A stretch of 63,892 nt of DNA, the filler included, from an uncultured Acidimicrobiia bacterium (GTDB lineage: Bacteria > Actinomycetota > Acidimicrobiia > Spongiisociales > JAOTWH01): the NCBI GenBank assembly GCA_964347285.1. It is 4 parts of 4 records of this genome, joined end to end, with 100 filler letters (N's around TTAATTAATTAA, not from the genome) between each part and the next. Parts side by side here need not be neighbours in the genome. Positions count along the whole stretch, not along the records: positions 38,305 to 56,737 come from CAYFYE010000050.1; positions 56,838 to 63,892 come from CAYFYE010000112.1; 2 more parts are not named here. One strand, written 5' to 3'. The position numbers and the translations under genes are program-made. Shown piece by piece: positions 55,674 through 63,892 of this stretch. Positions within the stretch are counted from its first letter, which is position 1; each line of letters opens with the position of its first letter. Under the pieces are notes generated by a model. That model searched no databases and was not told the DNA's origin. It saw nothing but the letters and a program-made list of their open reading frames with translations.

Positions 55674-56599
55674 CAGTTTCCTCCTTGCTCGGCGCCTTCG
55701 GGCGGCGTCTCGTCGGCCAGTGCGTTCTCCAAATACGTCCAGTCGCGTGCAAATCGGTAGGAGTGGCGCGGCGGCGGCTGCGGTGCCTGGGTCTCCAGCC
55801 ACCGGACGACCCCGGTGCCGACGTTGCGGAACCCGTGCACGCACCCGACCCCCGCCCAGGCCACGTCGCCCGCCTCCAGGTGATGGGTCTCGCCGTCGAA
55901 GGAGGCCTCGACCTCTCCCTCGAGGATCAGATAGGCCTCCTCCAGCGGGTGGTCGTGGGCGCCGGCGAAGCCTCCCTGCTCGTACTGCACCATGAACATC
56001 GTCGAGAGGTCGGCCCCGAGATCGGAGTCGACCATCATCTTCACGGTGATCCCGCTGTAGACGAGCAGGGCCGTCCGCATGCTGGCGCTGAGGGCGAGAC
56101 GGTCCTGGGTCTGCAGAGCCGGGTCCATGTTCTCGGGGTCGATGTGCCCGAAGTAGCGGTTGCGGGGGTCGCGGACGTCCACCCGCACCGGTGCCGACCG
56201 TCGGATCGGACCGGGGAACTGGGTGTCGTACCCGAATCGCTCCCGGGGCAGCGGGGCTTGCATCTCGGCGAACGAGACGGGATCGTCCCCGAGATTGCGC
56301 AGGGCGTGGGTCATCCCCACGGGCACGAGGGCGTAGTCGCCGGCGATCAGCTCCGAGCTGCCTTCGGGGGTGTCGAGGACCAGGGCTCCTTCCAACACGT
56401 AGAGCGACTCCTCGAACGAATGGACGTGGGTGGCCGCCTCCCCTCCGGGGTCGAGACGGCCCACACGAAACCCCATCTGGGTCGAGCCGCCCGGCTCGTC
56501 GACCACCGGGGCGGTCACGTAACCCTTGCTGCGGCCGGCGAACTCGGCAGGGACCCGGTAGGCGAGGTCGGCCACCTTCTTGACGATGTGGTTGGACAT
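55673..56599 (-). CDS. Bicupin protein
   Basis: Two cupin motif pairs: HVHSFEE..G..P.G.TH and HDHPLEE..G..G.VH. Confidence 0.9.
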   Translation of the reverse strand: MSNHIVKKVADLAYRVPAEFAGRSKGYVTAPVVDEPGGSTQMGFRVGRLDPGGEAATHVHSFEESLYVLEGALVLDTPEGSSELIAGDYALVPVGMTHALRNLGDDPVSFAEMQAPLPRERFGYDTQFPGPIRRSAPVRVDVRDPRNRYFGHIDPENMDPALQTQDRLALSASMRTALLVYSGITVKMMVDSDLGADLSTMFMVQYEQGGFAGAHDHPLEEAYLILEGEVEASFDGETHHLEAGDVAWAGVGCVHGFRNVGTGVVRWLETQAPQPPPRHSYRFARDWTYLENALADETPPEGAEQGGN

Positions 56600-56737
56600 C
56601 AGCCCTGCCCTCCCCGCAGGTAGACGGCGATCGCGCTCATGTCGTGCTCGCCGAGGCCCCCGGCGATCGCCTTGCGAATGATGTCGAGACCGGCCCGCGC
56701 CTGGTCCATCGGTGCCCCGACGCGATCGCTCAGACCG
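56599..56737 (-). CDS. C-terminus of a 3-hydroxyisobutyrate/tartronate-semialdehyde dehydrogenase-family enzyme (5' cut by gap)
   Basis: ...GAPMDQARAGLDIIRKAIAGGLGEHDMSAIAVYLRGGQG*; TGATG-coupled to the cupin. Confidence 0.7.
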
Positions 56738-56837
56738 NNNNNNNNNNNNNNNNNNNNNNNNNNNNNNNNNNNNNNNNNNNNTTAATTAATTAANNNNNNN
56801 NNNNNNNNNNNNNNNNNNNNNNNNNNNNNNNNNNNNN
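56738..56837. other. Artificial contig linker
   Basis: N-run, TTAATTAATTAA, N-run; 100 nt. Confidence 0.97.
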
Positions 56838-57506
56838 GAGATGGTGGCCCAGGTCGCCTACGCCGAGGCGGCGCTGAGGAGTTCTCCCCTTCCCGGATCG
56901 CCCCGGCACGTCGGCAACATCGTCTTCATGGGCATGGGTGAGCCACTGGCCAATTACCGGCGGGTGCGCGAAGCCTTGCGGCGCATGATCGAAGTGATGG
57001 GCCGTTCGCCTCGCAGTATCACCGTTTCCACGGTCGGGGTCGTACCCGGCATGCGGCGCCTCGCCGACGAGCCTTGGCCAGTCAACCTCGCCGTCAGCCT
57101 CCACGCCGCCGATGACGAGCTGCGAAACCGGCTGGTACCCATAAACGAGCGCTACCCGCTCCGCCACGTGATCGACGCTGCGGCACGGCACTACGAAGCG
57201 ACCGGTCGCCGCCCCTCCCTGGAGTGGGCCCTCATCGCAGGCGTCAACGACGGCGAAGACCAGGCCGAGGGCCTGGCGGCGATTGCCCGGCACCTGGGTG
57301 CCCACGTGAACGTCATCCCGCTCAACCCGACACCGCTCACCGACTACCGGCCCCCCGAAGCCGCCCGGGTGCAGAGCTTCGTCTCCTCGCTTCGGCGCCG
57401 CGGCGTCAACGTCACCGAACGAGACACCAGGGGGCGCGATATCGAGGCGGCCTGCGGGCAGCTCCGGGTGCGGGCGGCGGAAGCCACGGGATCGCCGATA
57501 GGCTGA
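56838..57506 (+). CDS. rlmN: 23S rRNA/tRNA methyltransferase RlmN, C-terminal part
   Basis: NIVFMGMGEPLAN, TVSTVG, LAVSLHA, RGRDIEAACGQL. Confidence 0.95.
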   Translation, partial: EMVAQVAYAEAALRSSPLPGSPRHVGNIVFMGMGEPLANYRRVREALRRMIEVMGRSPRSITVSTVGVVPGMRRLADEPWPVNLAVSLHAADDELRNRLVPINERYPLRHVIDAAARHYEATGRRPSLEWALIAGVNDGEDQAEGLAAIARHLGAHVNVIPLNPTPLTDYRPPEAARVQSFVSSLRRRGVNVTERDTRGRDIEAACGQLRVRAAEATGSPIG

Positions 57507-57525
57507 CTCCCGACCAGGAGGCCGA

Positions 57526-57987
57526 ATGCGATTGGAACCCGGCGATAAGGCTCCGGCCTTCTGCCTGCGCGATGACGATGGCAGAGAGCGGGAACTCTCC
57601 GACCTCCTGGGGTCCAAGCTGGTGATCTACTTCTACCCACGGGCCTTCACCCCCGGGTGCACCACCGAATCCTGCGACTTTCGCGACAAGTACGAGGTCT
57701 TCCAGGGAGCCGGGTACGAGATCATCGGCATCAGTCCCGATCCCCCCGAGAAGCTGGCCGACTTCCGCCGTGAGCACTCCCTCCCCTTCCCGCTCTTGTC
57801 CGATCCCGACCACGTGACGTCCGAGGCCTACGGGGCATGGGGCACCAAGAAGAACTACGGGCGCGAGTACCAAGGGATCCTTCGCACGACGATCGTGCTC
57901 GACGCCCGAGGCCGGGTCACCCATGCGTGGTACAACGTGCGTGCCAAGGGGCACGCCGGCCGCGTCGAGTCGGAGGTGATCGGCTAG
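57526..57987 (+). CDS. bcp: Peroxiredoxin BCP/PrxQ
   Basis: YFYPRAFTPGCTTESCDFRD. Confidence 0.95.
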   Translation: MRLEPGDKAPAFCLRDDDGRERELSDLLGSKLVIYFYPRAFTPGCTTESCDFRDKYEVFQGAGYEIIGISPDPPEKLADFRREHSLPFPLLSDPDHVTSEAYGAWGTKKNYGREYQGILRTTIVLDARGRVTHAWYNVRAKGHAGRVESEVIG

Positions 57988-58406
57988 GGCCTCCCGCTCC
58001 CGGCCGGACGCACATCTACCCCGACACTCGACAGCAGGGTCCTGACCCTTCCTTGGATCTCGTCCCGAACCACCCGAACGAACTCGAGGTCCCGGCCGTG
58101 AGGATCGGCAAGCTCCCAGTCCTCATACCGCTTGCCGGGAATCACCGGGCACTCGTCGCCGCATCCCATCGTCACCACGACATCGGCCATCCCGAGGTCG
58201 TCTTTGGTCCAACCCTTCGGGGTCCGGCCGGTCAGGTCTATGCCGACCTCGGCCATGGCATCCACGACCACCGGGTTGATTCGGTCGCCGGGATGCGATC
58301 CACCCGAAAGCACGCGCACTCGCCCTCCGGCGAGGTGTTCCGCCCACCCGGCCGCCATCTGGGAGCGGCCGGCGTTGTGCACGCACAGGAAGAGGATGGT
58401 CGGCAT
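57984..58406 (-). CDS. arsC: LMW-PTP-fold arsenate reductase
   Basis: CVHNAGRSQMA, TMGCGDECP, DWELADP. Confidence 0.88.
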   Translation of the reverse strand: MPTILFLCVHNAGRSQMAAGWAEHLAGGRVRVLSGGSHPGDRINPVVVDAMAEVGIDLTGRTPKGWTKDDLGMADVVVTMGCGDECPVIPGKRYEDWELADPHGRDLEFVRVVRDEIQGRVRTLLSSVGVDVRPAGSGRP

Positions 58407-58492
58407 CGCAGCGCGGAGGCTAACGCACCCGAGGCGCGAGACGAGGACGCTGCTCCCGGTAGTATTCGCCACGCGAGAGGGGTAGCGAGCTC

Positions 58493-58945
58493 ATGTCCTG
58501 GAAGCTGCAGGCGGTCGGCCTCCCTCAGGTAGGAGAGCCGTTGCGTTGGGAAGGCTCGGTCAGCGCTCGCGCCCTCCCTCACGCCGTCCTCGCCTGCCGG
58601 GCGGCCGTCCTCAACCTGCTCGCCGATGGCGCCTCGTCCGGCATCCGGGCCTGGTCGGCGGTGGGAGCCATCACTCACGCCCGGGCCTCCGCCCGGCCGG
58701 TGACCGTCGCCTACGCCGATGTCGTCGTTCCCGGAGCAGTGCCCCGACTGACCGAAGCGTCGTTCAGCAGACGCACCATCTTCGACGTGTTGGTGAAGAT
58801 GAAGGATCCGGGACAAACCATCGCCGAACTCGAGGCCCTGGCCAACCGACAGCGGCTGGGACCCAACCCCATCACCAGCCTCCTCGACTATTCGGTGAAT
58901 TCGCGCCCCATCCCATCGATCTACGAGCTGGCCCGCATCCTCTAA
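58493..58945 (+). CDS. Hypothetical protein
   Basis: 150-aa ORF fills the gap between minus-strand genes; GC3 bias; GAGGG RBS. Confidence 0.6.
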   Translation: MSWKLQAVGLPQVGEPLRWEGSVSARALPHAVLACRAAVLNLLADGASSGIRAWSAVGAITHARASARPVTVAYADVVVPGAVPRLTEASFSRRTIFDVLVKMKDPGQTIAELEALANRQRLGPNPITSLLDYSVNSRPIPSIYELARIL

Positions 58946-59367
58946 ACCATGGCCGGGCCCAGCTCGTCCGCCAGAGCCTGGAGCAGCGTCAGGTCCCCCT
59001 GATCGAACGGGTCGAAGACGTCCGAGTCGATGTCGATCTGGCCCACCACCTCGCCGCGGTGACGCACCAGCACCACCGCTTCCGAGCGGGTTTGCGGGCT
59101 GCAGGCCAGGTAACGGTCGTCCAGAGCGACGTCGGGGACCACGATGTCCTCGTTGCGGGCAACCGCTGTGCCGCAGATGCCGGTACCGACCGGGATGCGC
59201 TCATGGGGGCTGGGTCGACCGGCAAGGCCCCGCAACACCAGCTCATCGCCCTCCAGGCGGTAGAGGTACACGCCCGTGTAATGGGGAGCCATCGCTCGAA
59301 TGACCGCGGCCGCCCTGTCGAGACGGCCCTCGACCGGACCCGCCAGAGCCTCGGCCAGCGCGCTCAA
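58942..59367 (-). CDS. msrC: GAF-domain protein, free methionine-(R)-sulfoxide reductase-like
   Basis: RIPVGTGICG, VPDV, YLACS..TRSE, GQIDIDS. Confidence 0.75.
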   Translation of the reverse strand: MSALAEALAGPVEGRLDRAAAVIRAMAPHYTGVYLYRLEGDELVLRGLAGRPSPHERIPVGTGICGTAVARNEDIVVPDVALDDRYLACSPQTRSEAVVLVRHRGEVVGQIDIDSDVFDPFDQGDLTLLQALADELGPAMV

Positions 59368-59567
59368 CGGCGCACGACCAAGCCGTCCAGGAGCCGGCGC
59401 GATACGAGGCTGATGTCGTGGACCGCGTCGTCGAACACGGCTTGATTGGCACGGGACGGAACTCGATAGCCAGAGATCTTGCGCACGAATTGGAGCGCGG
59501 CCGCCCGGATCTCCTCGTCGGTAGGACGATGCCCGGCGCTGCGCAGGGTCTTGATGCTACGGCACAT
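59364..59567 (-). CDS. DUF2277 family protein
   Basis: MCRSIKTLR..EEIRAAALQFVRKISG..PSRAN. Confidence 0.88.
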   Translation of the reverse strand: MCRSIKTLRSAGHRPTDEEIRAAALQFVRKISGYRVPSRANQAVFDDAVHDISLVSRRLLDGLVVRR

Positions 59568-59825
59568 GCCGGCACCGTAGTCGGCCCCGCCGTCCGGCGT
59601 TTGGGTCATCGCACGGCCGTGGCGCGGGCAACCAGGGATTTTCCGTTGTCGCCGGGTCGCGGGAGGAGCCCCGGGATCCGAAGGTGCCGCAGACCGACCT
59701 CTGGGATCGTGCTCGGTGGAGGCGATCCACCCACTCGGTGGAACGGGCGCTCACCGGCCGTTCCTTTGTCACGAATCTCGTGCCGAGTAACGGCGACGTG
59801 AGAGGCAAAGACCCCGGCCGGGGGC

Positions 59826-61172
59826 TCAGCTCCGGTAGACGAGAGCCAGGTCGCCGGCGTTGGTACCGGTTGGGCCACAGCGCAACAGGTCCTCCGATGC
59901 CGCCAGAGAGCGGTGTGAGTCGTTGTTCCGGAGGTCCTCGAGGGGGTCGCGGCCGTTTTTCCGAACCCGTTCGGCCGTGCTCCCATCCACTATTGCTCCG
60001 GCCGCGTCCGTTGGCCCGTCGACTCCGTCGGTCGCCAGCGCAGCAACAACGACGTCGGGTATTCCGTCCAGGGCCAGCGCCGCGGCCAGGGCCAGCTCCT
60101 GGTTCCGGCCCCCGATGCCGGGACCGGTCACGGTCACCGTCGTCTCCCCGGCGTAGGCATATACCCCCGGGCCCTCGACGCGCTTACCTCCGGTCACCAG
60201 CTTCCGTCCGACGCGCGAGGCCTCTCCGGTCATGGAGTAGGTCACCACCCGGGCCGCTACTCCACTCTCGGCCGCCACCCGACAGGCGGCCTCCGCCGCC
60301 CGGACACCGCTGAGCACGATTGCCAGTGTTTGGTGAGGGGGGACCTCGCCTTTGGGCGTTTCGGGCTCCTCCCCGGCAGATCCGCGCTGCAGGTGTCGAA
60401 TCACCCCTTTCGGTACGGCATCGACGAGATCGCGTCTCCGGAGCACGTCGAGGGCATCGTCGAAGGTCGAGGGATCAGGAACTGTGGGGCCCGAAGCCAC
60501 AACGTCGGGGTGGTCACCCACCACGTCCGAAACGATCAACGTGAGCATTCGAGCTCGCCCGACCGCCTCCGCCAGGCGCCCGCCCTTTATCAAGGAAAGA
60601 TGCTTGCGCACCGCATTGATCTCATCGATGGGAGCCCCCGATTCGACCAACATCGCCGCCGTAGTGGACAGATCGGGCATCGTCAGGTCGCCGGCCCCGA
60701 CCTCGGCAAGTGCCGAGCCGCCCCCCGAAATCAGCGTGATGACCAGGTCGTCGGGTCCAGCCGATTGGGCCAGGTCCAGCAATTGCCGGCCGGCATCGAG
60801 GCTCCTCTGGTCGGGAACCGGATGGGATCCGACGACGGGCGTCAGACGCTCCAGGGCCGGCTCATGCGGGGCGACGATCACGCCTTCCAGAGCCCGATCG
60901 GCAAGGAGATCCTCGATGGCCAGTGCCATCCCCGCCGACGCCTTGCCCAGACCGAGAACGATGATCCGGCGCACCGCACTCAGCTCGACCTCCTCCCCAC
61001 CGAGCATCAAGGTGGTGCCGCGCCGCTGCAGTCCGGTGAGGACCGCCCGGAAGGGGTCGAGTGCCTCCAGCGCGGCCTCGAGCATGGAAACGATGAAAGG
61101 ACGCCGCTGCGGATCGGCCGCCAGCACCGCCGGATCGAACGCACCCCGCAGCTTCTTCGCCCGGTCGCTCAC
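59826..61172 (-). CDS. Glycerate 2-kinase (DUF4147/MOFRL)
   Basis: GLGKAS, HPVPD, LISGGGSAL, SLIKGG, GETTV, GGRNQE, TDGVDG, GPTGTN. Confidence 0.93.
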   Translation of the reverse strand: MSDRAKKLRGAFDPAVLAADPQRRPFIVSMLEAALEALDPFRAVLTGLQRRGTTLMLGGEEVELSAVRRIIVLGLGKASAGMALAIEDLLADRALEGVIVAPHEPALERLTPVVGSHPVPDQRSLDAGRQLLDLAQSAGPDDLVITLISGGGSALAEVGAGDLTMPDLSTTAAMLVESGAPIDEINAVRKHLSLIKGGRLAEAVGRARMLTLIVSDVVGDHPDVVASGPTVPDPSTFDDALDVLRRRDLVDAVPKGVIRHLQRGSAGEEPETPKGEVPPHQTLAIVLSGVRAAEAACRVAAESGVAARVVTYSMTGEASRVGRKLVTGGKRVEGPGVYAYAGETTVTVTGPGIGGRNQELALAAALALDGIPDVVVAALATDGVDGPTDAAGAIVDGSTAERVRKNGRDPLEDLRNNDSHRSLAASEDLLRCGPTGTNAGDLALVYRS

Positions 61173-61218
61173 TCCCCTACCGCTCCATCTCCTACCCGTC
61201 TCCTTGCCGAAACGCTCG

Positions 61219-63892
61219 TTACACCGGGACGCTCGGGCCGGCTCCCTCCCCCCGCATCTCCGCCAACCACGCCGGAAGCCGACCCTCCTCTTCAGCCGAC
61301 TGCCGATACACCGGGATGCCCCCGTCATGGGACGGTGCCGACCAGAGCCGCTCCGGGTAGGCGCCGTTCCGCAACGTCGCCGGGCCCAGCACCGTCGCCG
61401 CCCCGTCGACGTCGATGGTTCCTTCGTGCGGCGACTGCGGATCGACGAGCGCCCAGCGCCGCCACAGCACACGGCCGCGCCCCTCCGGGCCGGCCGACTC
61501 TGCCTTGGGGTGGGCCTCGAGCCCTGCGGCGAGATCCCACAACAACTTGGGGCGGGCCACTTCCACCGGGCCCCAGTCGGCGACGAACTTCCCCCGGGCC
61601 ATCGCCACGGCGCCCGCCAGATCCCTTGCCCGCCGGAGCGGCCACCCCCGCTCCCGACACAGAGCCTCGAGGTCTCGACCGGGAATGCCGGGGCTGACCA
61701 CCTCCAAGTCGTCGACGTCTTGCGAACTCAGGTCACCGCCGGCCGAAGCAGCGATCACCGATATCCAGGGATACCACTGAGACTTGAATTCTCGGAGTCG
61801 GTCGATCCGGTAGAGCTCCTGATGTCGAGCGATGATCTCCGCCCGCCCCTCTTCGAACCGGGCCTCGGTGCCCGCTTTCATCGACATGCCCCGTTGCCGG
61901 TAGCGGAACAAGGGCCGGGGCACCATCACCTGGTCCCACCCGGCCGCAATCAAGCGCACCCACAGCTCCCAGTCTTCGTTTCCGTCGGTCATGGTCTCGT
62001 CGTAGCCGCCCACGGCCTGCCAAGCCTCTTGCCGCAGCAGCACGCACCCCACGACAGAGTTGGAAAGCAAGAGCTGGTAAGGATTGAACGGACGGGGAAC
62101 CCAAATGCCCTCCACGTCTCCATACAGCTCGGCCCAGCAGTGGGCGAAGGCGGCCCCCGGCTCTGCCTCCAGGACTTCGTGCAGTGTCGCCAGGTACTCC
62201 GGCGCCAGCTCGTCATCGGCATCGAGCGGGACCAAGTAGCGCCCCCGGGCGGTGCGCATTCCAGCGTTGCGGGCTCCCGGCAGACCCTGGTTCTCCTGGC
62301 GCATCACCCGCACCCGGGGAAGTTCCAGGGCATCGATGATCTCCGCTGTCTCCGCATCGGTGGAGCCGTCGTCGACGACGACGACCTCCCACGAGTCGAA
62401 GGTCTGCTCGTACACGCTCGTCAGCGCATCGGCGAGGTAGGGCCCCTGGTTGAAGCACGGGATCACGACGGTGACCTCCGGATCGGCCACGACCGGGTAC
62501 TCGCCCGCCTTCACCGCATCGGCGACCTCGGCCTTGCGTGTCTCGGCGCGGCGGCGTTCCTGCTCGGCGGGCCAGCTCGCCAAGCCCCGGAAGCGGTCCT
62601 TCAGGCCTTGGGGAACGACCTTCACCGCCAACCGACCCAGCGGCTGCGGAAGATGGCGCAGGAGTCGGCGGGCCAAGGCCGCTCCCCGGAGCGGTCGGCG
62701 CACCGGCAAGGCGGCCTCGACTCGACTCACCGCCGCAGTGGCCAGGCCGGCCTGACTGCGGGGATGACGAACCGAGGGAGGGGGACCCAGATAGAAGGCG
62801 ATCGGATCGCCGACAGCGGGGGCGGGAGCTGCGGCCAGGGCGTCGAGCCGCTCCGGCTGCGAGAGCAGCTCATCCAGCGTTTGCACCAGTCCGGGCACCG
62901 ATCCGTCGTAGCGGACGGCGCCGGTGCTTTCCGAGAAGTACGGAGCAAAGGCGGGCAGGTCGGCCAGCACCAGAGGAAGGCCCATCGCCCGGGCTTCGTG
63001 AGCGGCCAGGCAGAAGCTCTCGAACCGGCTGGGAATCACCAATGCCCACACCCCGTGCAGCGCCTCGACCAGCTCGTCCCGGGGCAGATGGCCCTGGAAA
63101 GAGACCCGATCGGCCAGCCCGGGGGGAACCAAGCTCTCCAGCCACTCCCGCATCGGTCGTTGAGCGGCGGCACTCCATCCGTCGGCGCCCATGAACCGGA
63201 GCCGGAGTGGCGGGTGGCGCTTCAGCAGCTCGAGGCCGGCCTCGAGGAAATCCACAGAGCCCTTCACCTCGCCGAGGCGGCCAAAGCACACCAGCTCGGG
63301 GTCGGTGCTGCGGGCATACGGAACATGCGGTACCTCCTGGGGCATCGGCGGCTCCGACACCGCGATTCGCCTCCGATCGAGCTGGTATCGCTCCGCCACC
63401 AGGTCGGCGATCGGACGTGACGGCACCACCACCGCATCGGCCATTGCATAGGCCTCCGCTTCCATGACCCGCACCGGTCCCCAATCCTCGGGGATCACCT
63501 CCATCCCGTCGGCCAGCAGATCGAAGGGACCGTGGACCCGCACCACCAGCGGCACCGCGTCGAGGCCCAGCTCGGCACGGTGGGCCAGCGTCCAGAAGGC
63601 CAGGCCCTCGAAGTCGTGGAACTCGACGAGATCTACGCGGCGGTTCGCAACCAGCGCCGCCACTTCGGTGGCAGCGGCTCGCGAGCGGGCCAGAAACGGC
63701 GTCGGGGCACCCCGATCGATGGCAGCCGGGGCCCCACCGACGGTCGGGCCGTCGCCTGCCGGCCGATCGTCTCCGACCAGTACGACCTCGACCTCATGGC
63801 CGGCGGCGCGCAGCCGCTCGCTCAAGCGCGCCGTCACCACCGCTGCTCCTCCGGTGGAATGGGGCGCCAGCTCGGTGGTGACGAAGACGAAG
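61219..63892 (-). CDS. Multidomain glycosyltransferase (GT4 + GT2 + C-terminal domain); 5' end at or beyond window edge
   Basis: FVTTELAP..GG, GRLGEVKG, PSRFESF (GT4); VVIPCFN, VVDDGSTD, ARNAG, LDADD, EDWELW (GT2). Confidence 0.9.
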   Translation of the reverse strand, partial: FVFVTTELAPHSTGGAAVVTARLSERLRAAGHEVEVVLVGDDRPAGDGPTVGGAPAAIDRGAPTPFLARSRAAATEVAALVANRRVDLVEFHDFEGLAFWTLAHRAELGLDAVPLVVRVHGPFDLLADGMEVIPEDWGPVRVMEAEAYAMADAVVVPSRPIADLVAERYQLDRRRIAVSEPPMPQEVPHVPYARSTDPELVCFGRLGEVKGSVDFLEAGLELLKRHPPLRLRFMGADGWSAAAQRPMREWLESLVPPGLADRVSFQGHLPRDELVEALHGVWALVIPSRFESFCLAAHEARAMGLPLVLADLPAFAPYFSESTGAVRYDGSVPGLVQTLDELLSQPERLDALAAAPAPAVGDPIAFYLGPPPSVRHPRSQAGLATAAVSRVEAALPVRRPLRGAALARRLLRHLPQPLGRLAVKVVPQGLKDRFRGLASWPAEQERRRAETRKAEVADAVKAGEYPVVADPEVTVVIPCFNQGPYLADALTSVYEQTFDSWEVVVVDDGSTDAETAEIIDALELPRVRVMRQENQGLPGARNAGMRTARGRYLVPLDADDELAPEYLATLHEVLEAEPGAAFAHCWAELYGDVEGIWVPRPFNPYQLLLSNSVVGCVLLRQEAWQAVGGYDETMTDGNEDWELWVRLIAAGWDQVMVPRPLFRYRQRGMSMKAGTEARFEEGRAEIIARHQELYRIDRLREFKSQWYPWISVIAASAGGDLSSQDVDDLEVVSPGIPGRDLEALCRERGWPLRRARDLAGAVAMARGKFVADWGPVEVARPKLLWDLAAGLEAHPKAESAGPEGRGRVLWRRWALVDPQSPHEGTIDVDGAATVLGPATLRNGAYPERLWSAPSHDGGIPVYRQSAEEEGRLPAWLAEMRGEGAGPSVPV

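Noticed and set aside
57984..58406. Arsenic-resistance operon
   Set aside because: Lone arsC-like gene with no arsR, acr3 or arsB nearby
59610..59825. Possible riboswitch or ncRNA upstream of DUF2277
   Set aside because: GC-rich hairpin potential and a short TCCACCGAG duplication, but no family motif I can recognise; needs an Infernal scan

Overview
High-GC actinobacterial DNA, most likely an Acidimicrobiia-like MAG (inferred from gene content, DUF3566 after gyrA and many TANNNT leaderless starts). It is not one contiguous locus. Three 100-nt spacers (N44-TTAATTAATTAA-N44; 19626-19725, 38205-38304, 56738-56837) join four contigs, so adjacency across them means nothing. Contig 1 (1-19625) holds the replication-origin region (yidC, yidD, rnpA, rpmH, dnaA, oriC, dnaN, recF, dciA, gyrB, gyrA, DUF3566), a Trx-NHL lipoprotein, a cobalamin riboswitch with btuFCD-like genes, a VIT1/ferritin-like pair and a MOSC gene. 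Contig 2 holds glgC/glgA, an arginine-synthetase-like (ArcE/cDPGS-related) P-loop gene coupled to a class III aminotransferase, a Zur-type Zn ABC locus, rhomboid, mgtC, purB/purA, a sucrose-phosphate-synthase-like gene plus P-loop kinase, yjbQ and an amino-acid SBP. Contig 3 has a patchy accessory region (secreted metalloprotease, twin palindromes, pseudogenes, a 61-bp direct repeat), then a ~10 kb uncharacterised catabolic operon. Its best candidate novelty is a CUT2-type ABC permease fused in frame to an intact metal-dependent amidohydrolase. The same operon has a paralogous amidohydrolase lacking the conserved Asp, a creatinase-like M24 hydrolase, a bicupin and an NAD-dependent dehydrogenase. 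Contig 4 holds rlmN, bcp, arsC-like, GAF/msrC-like, DUF2277, glycerate kinase and a GT4-GT2 fusion. I recognised no tRNA, rRNA, CRISPR array, integrase or transposase. All family calls come from motif recognition by eye; no database searches were run.
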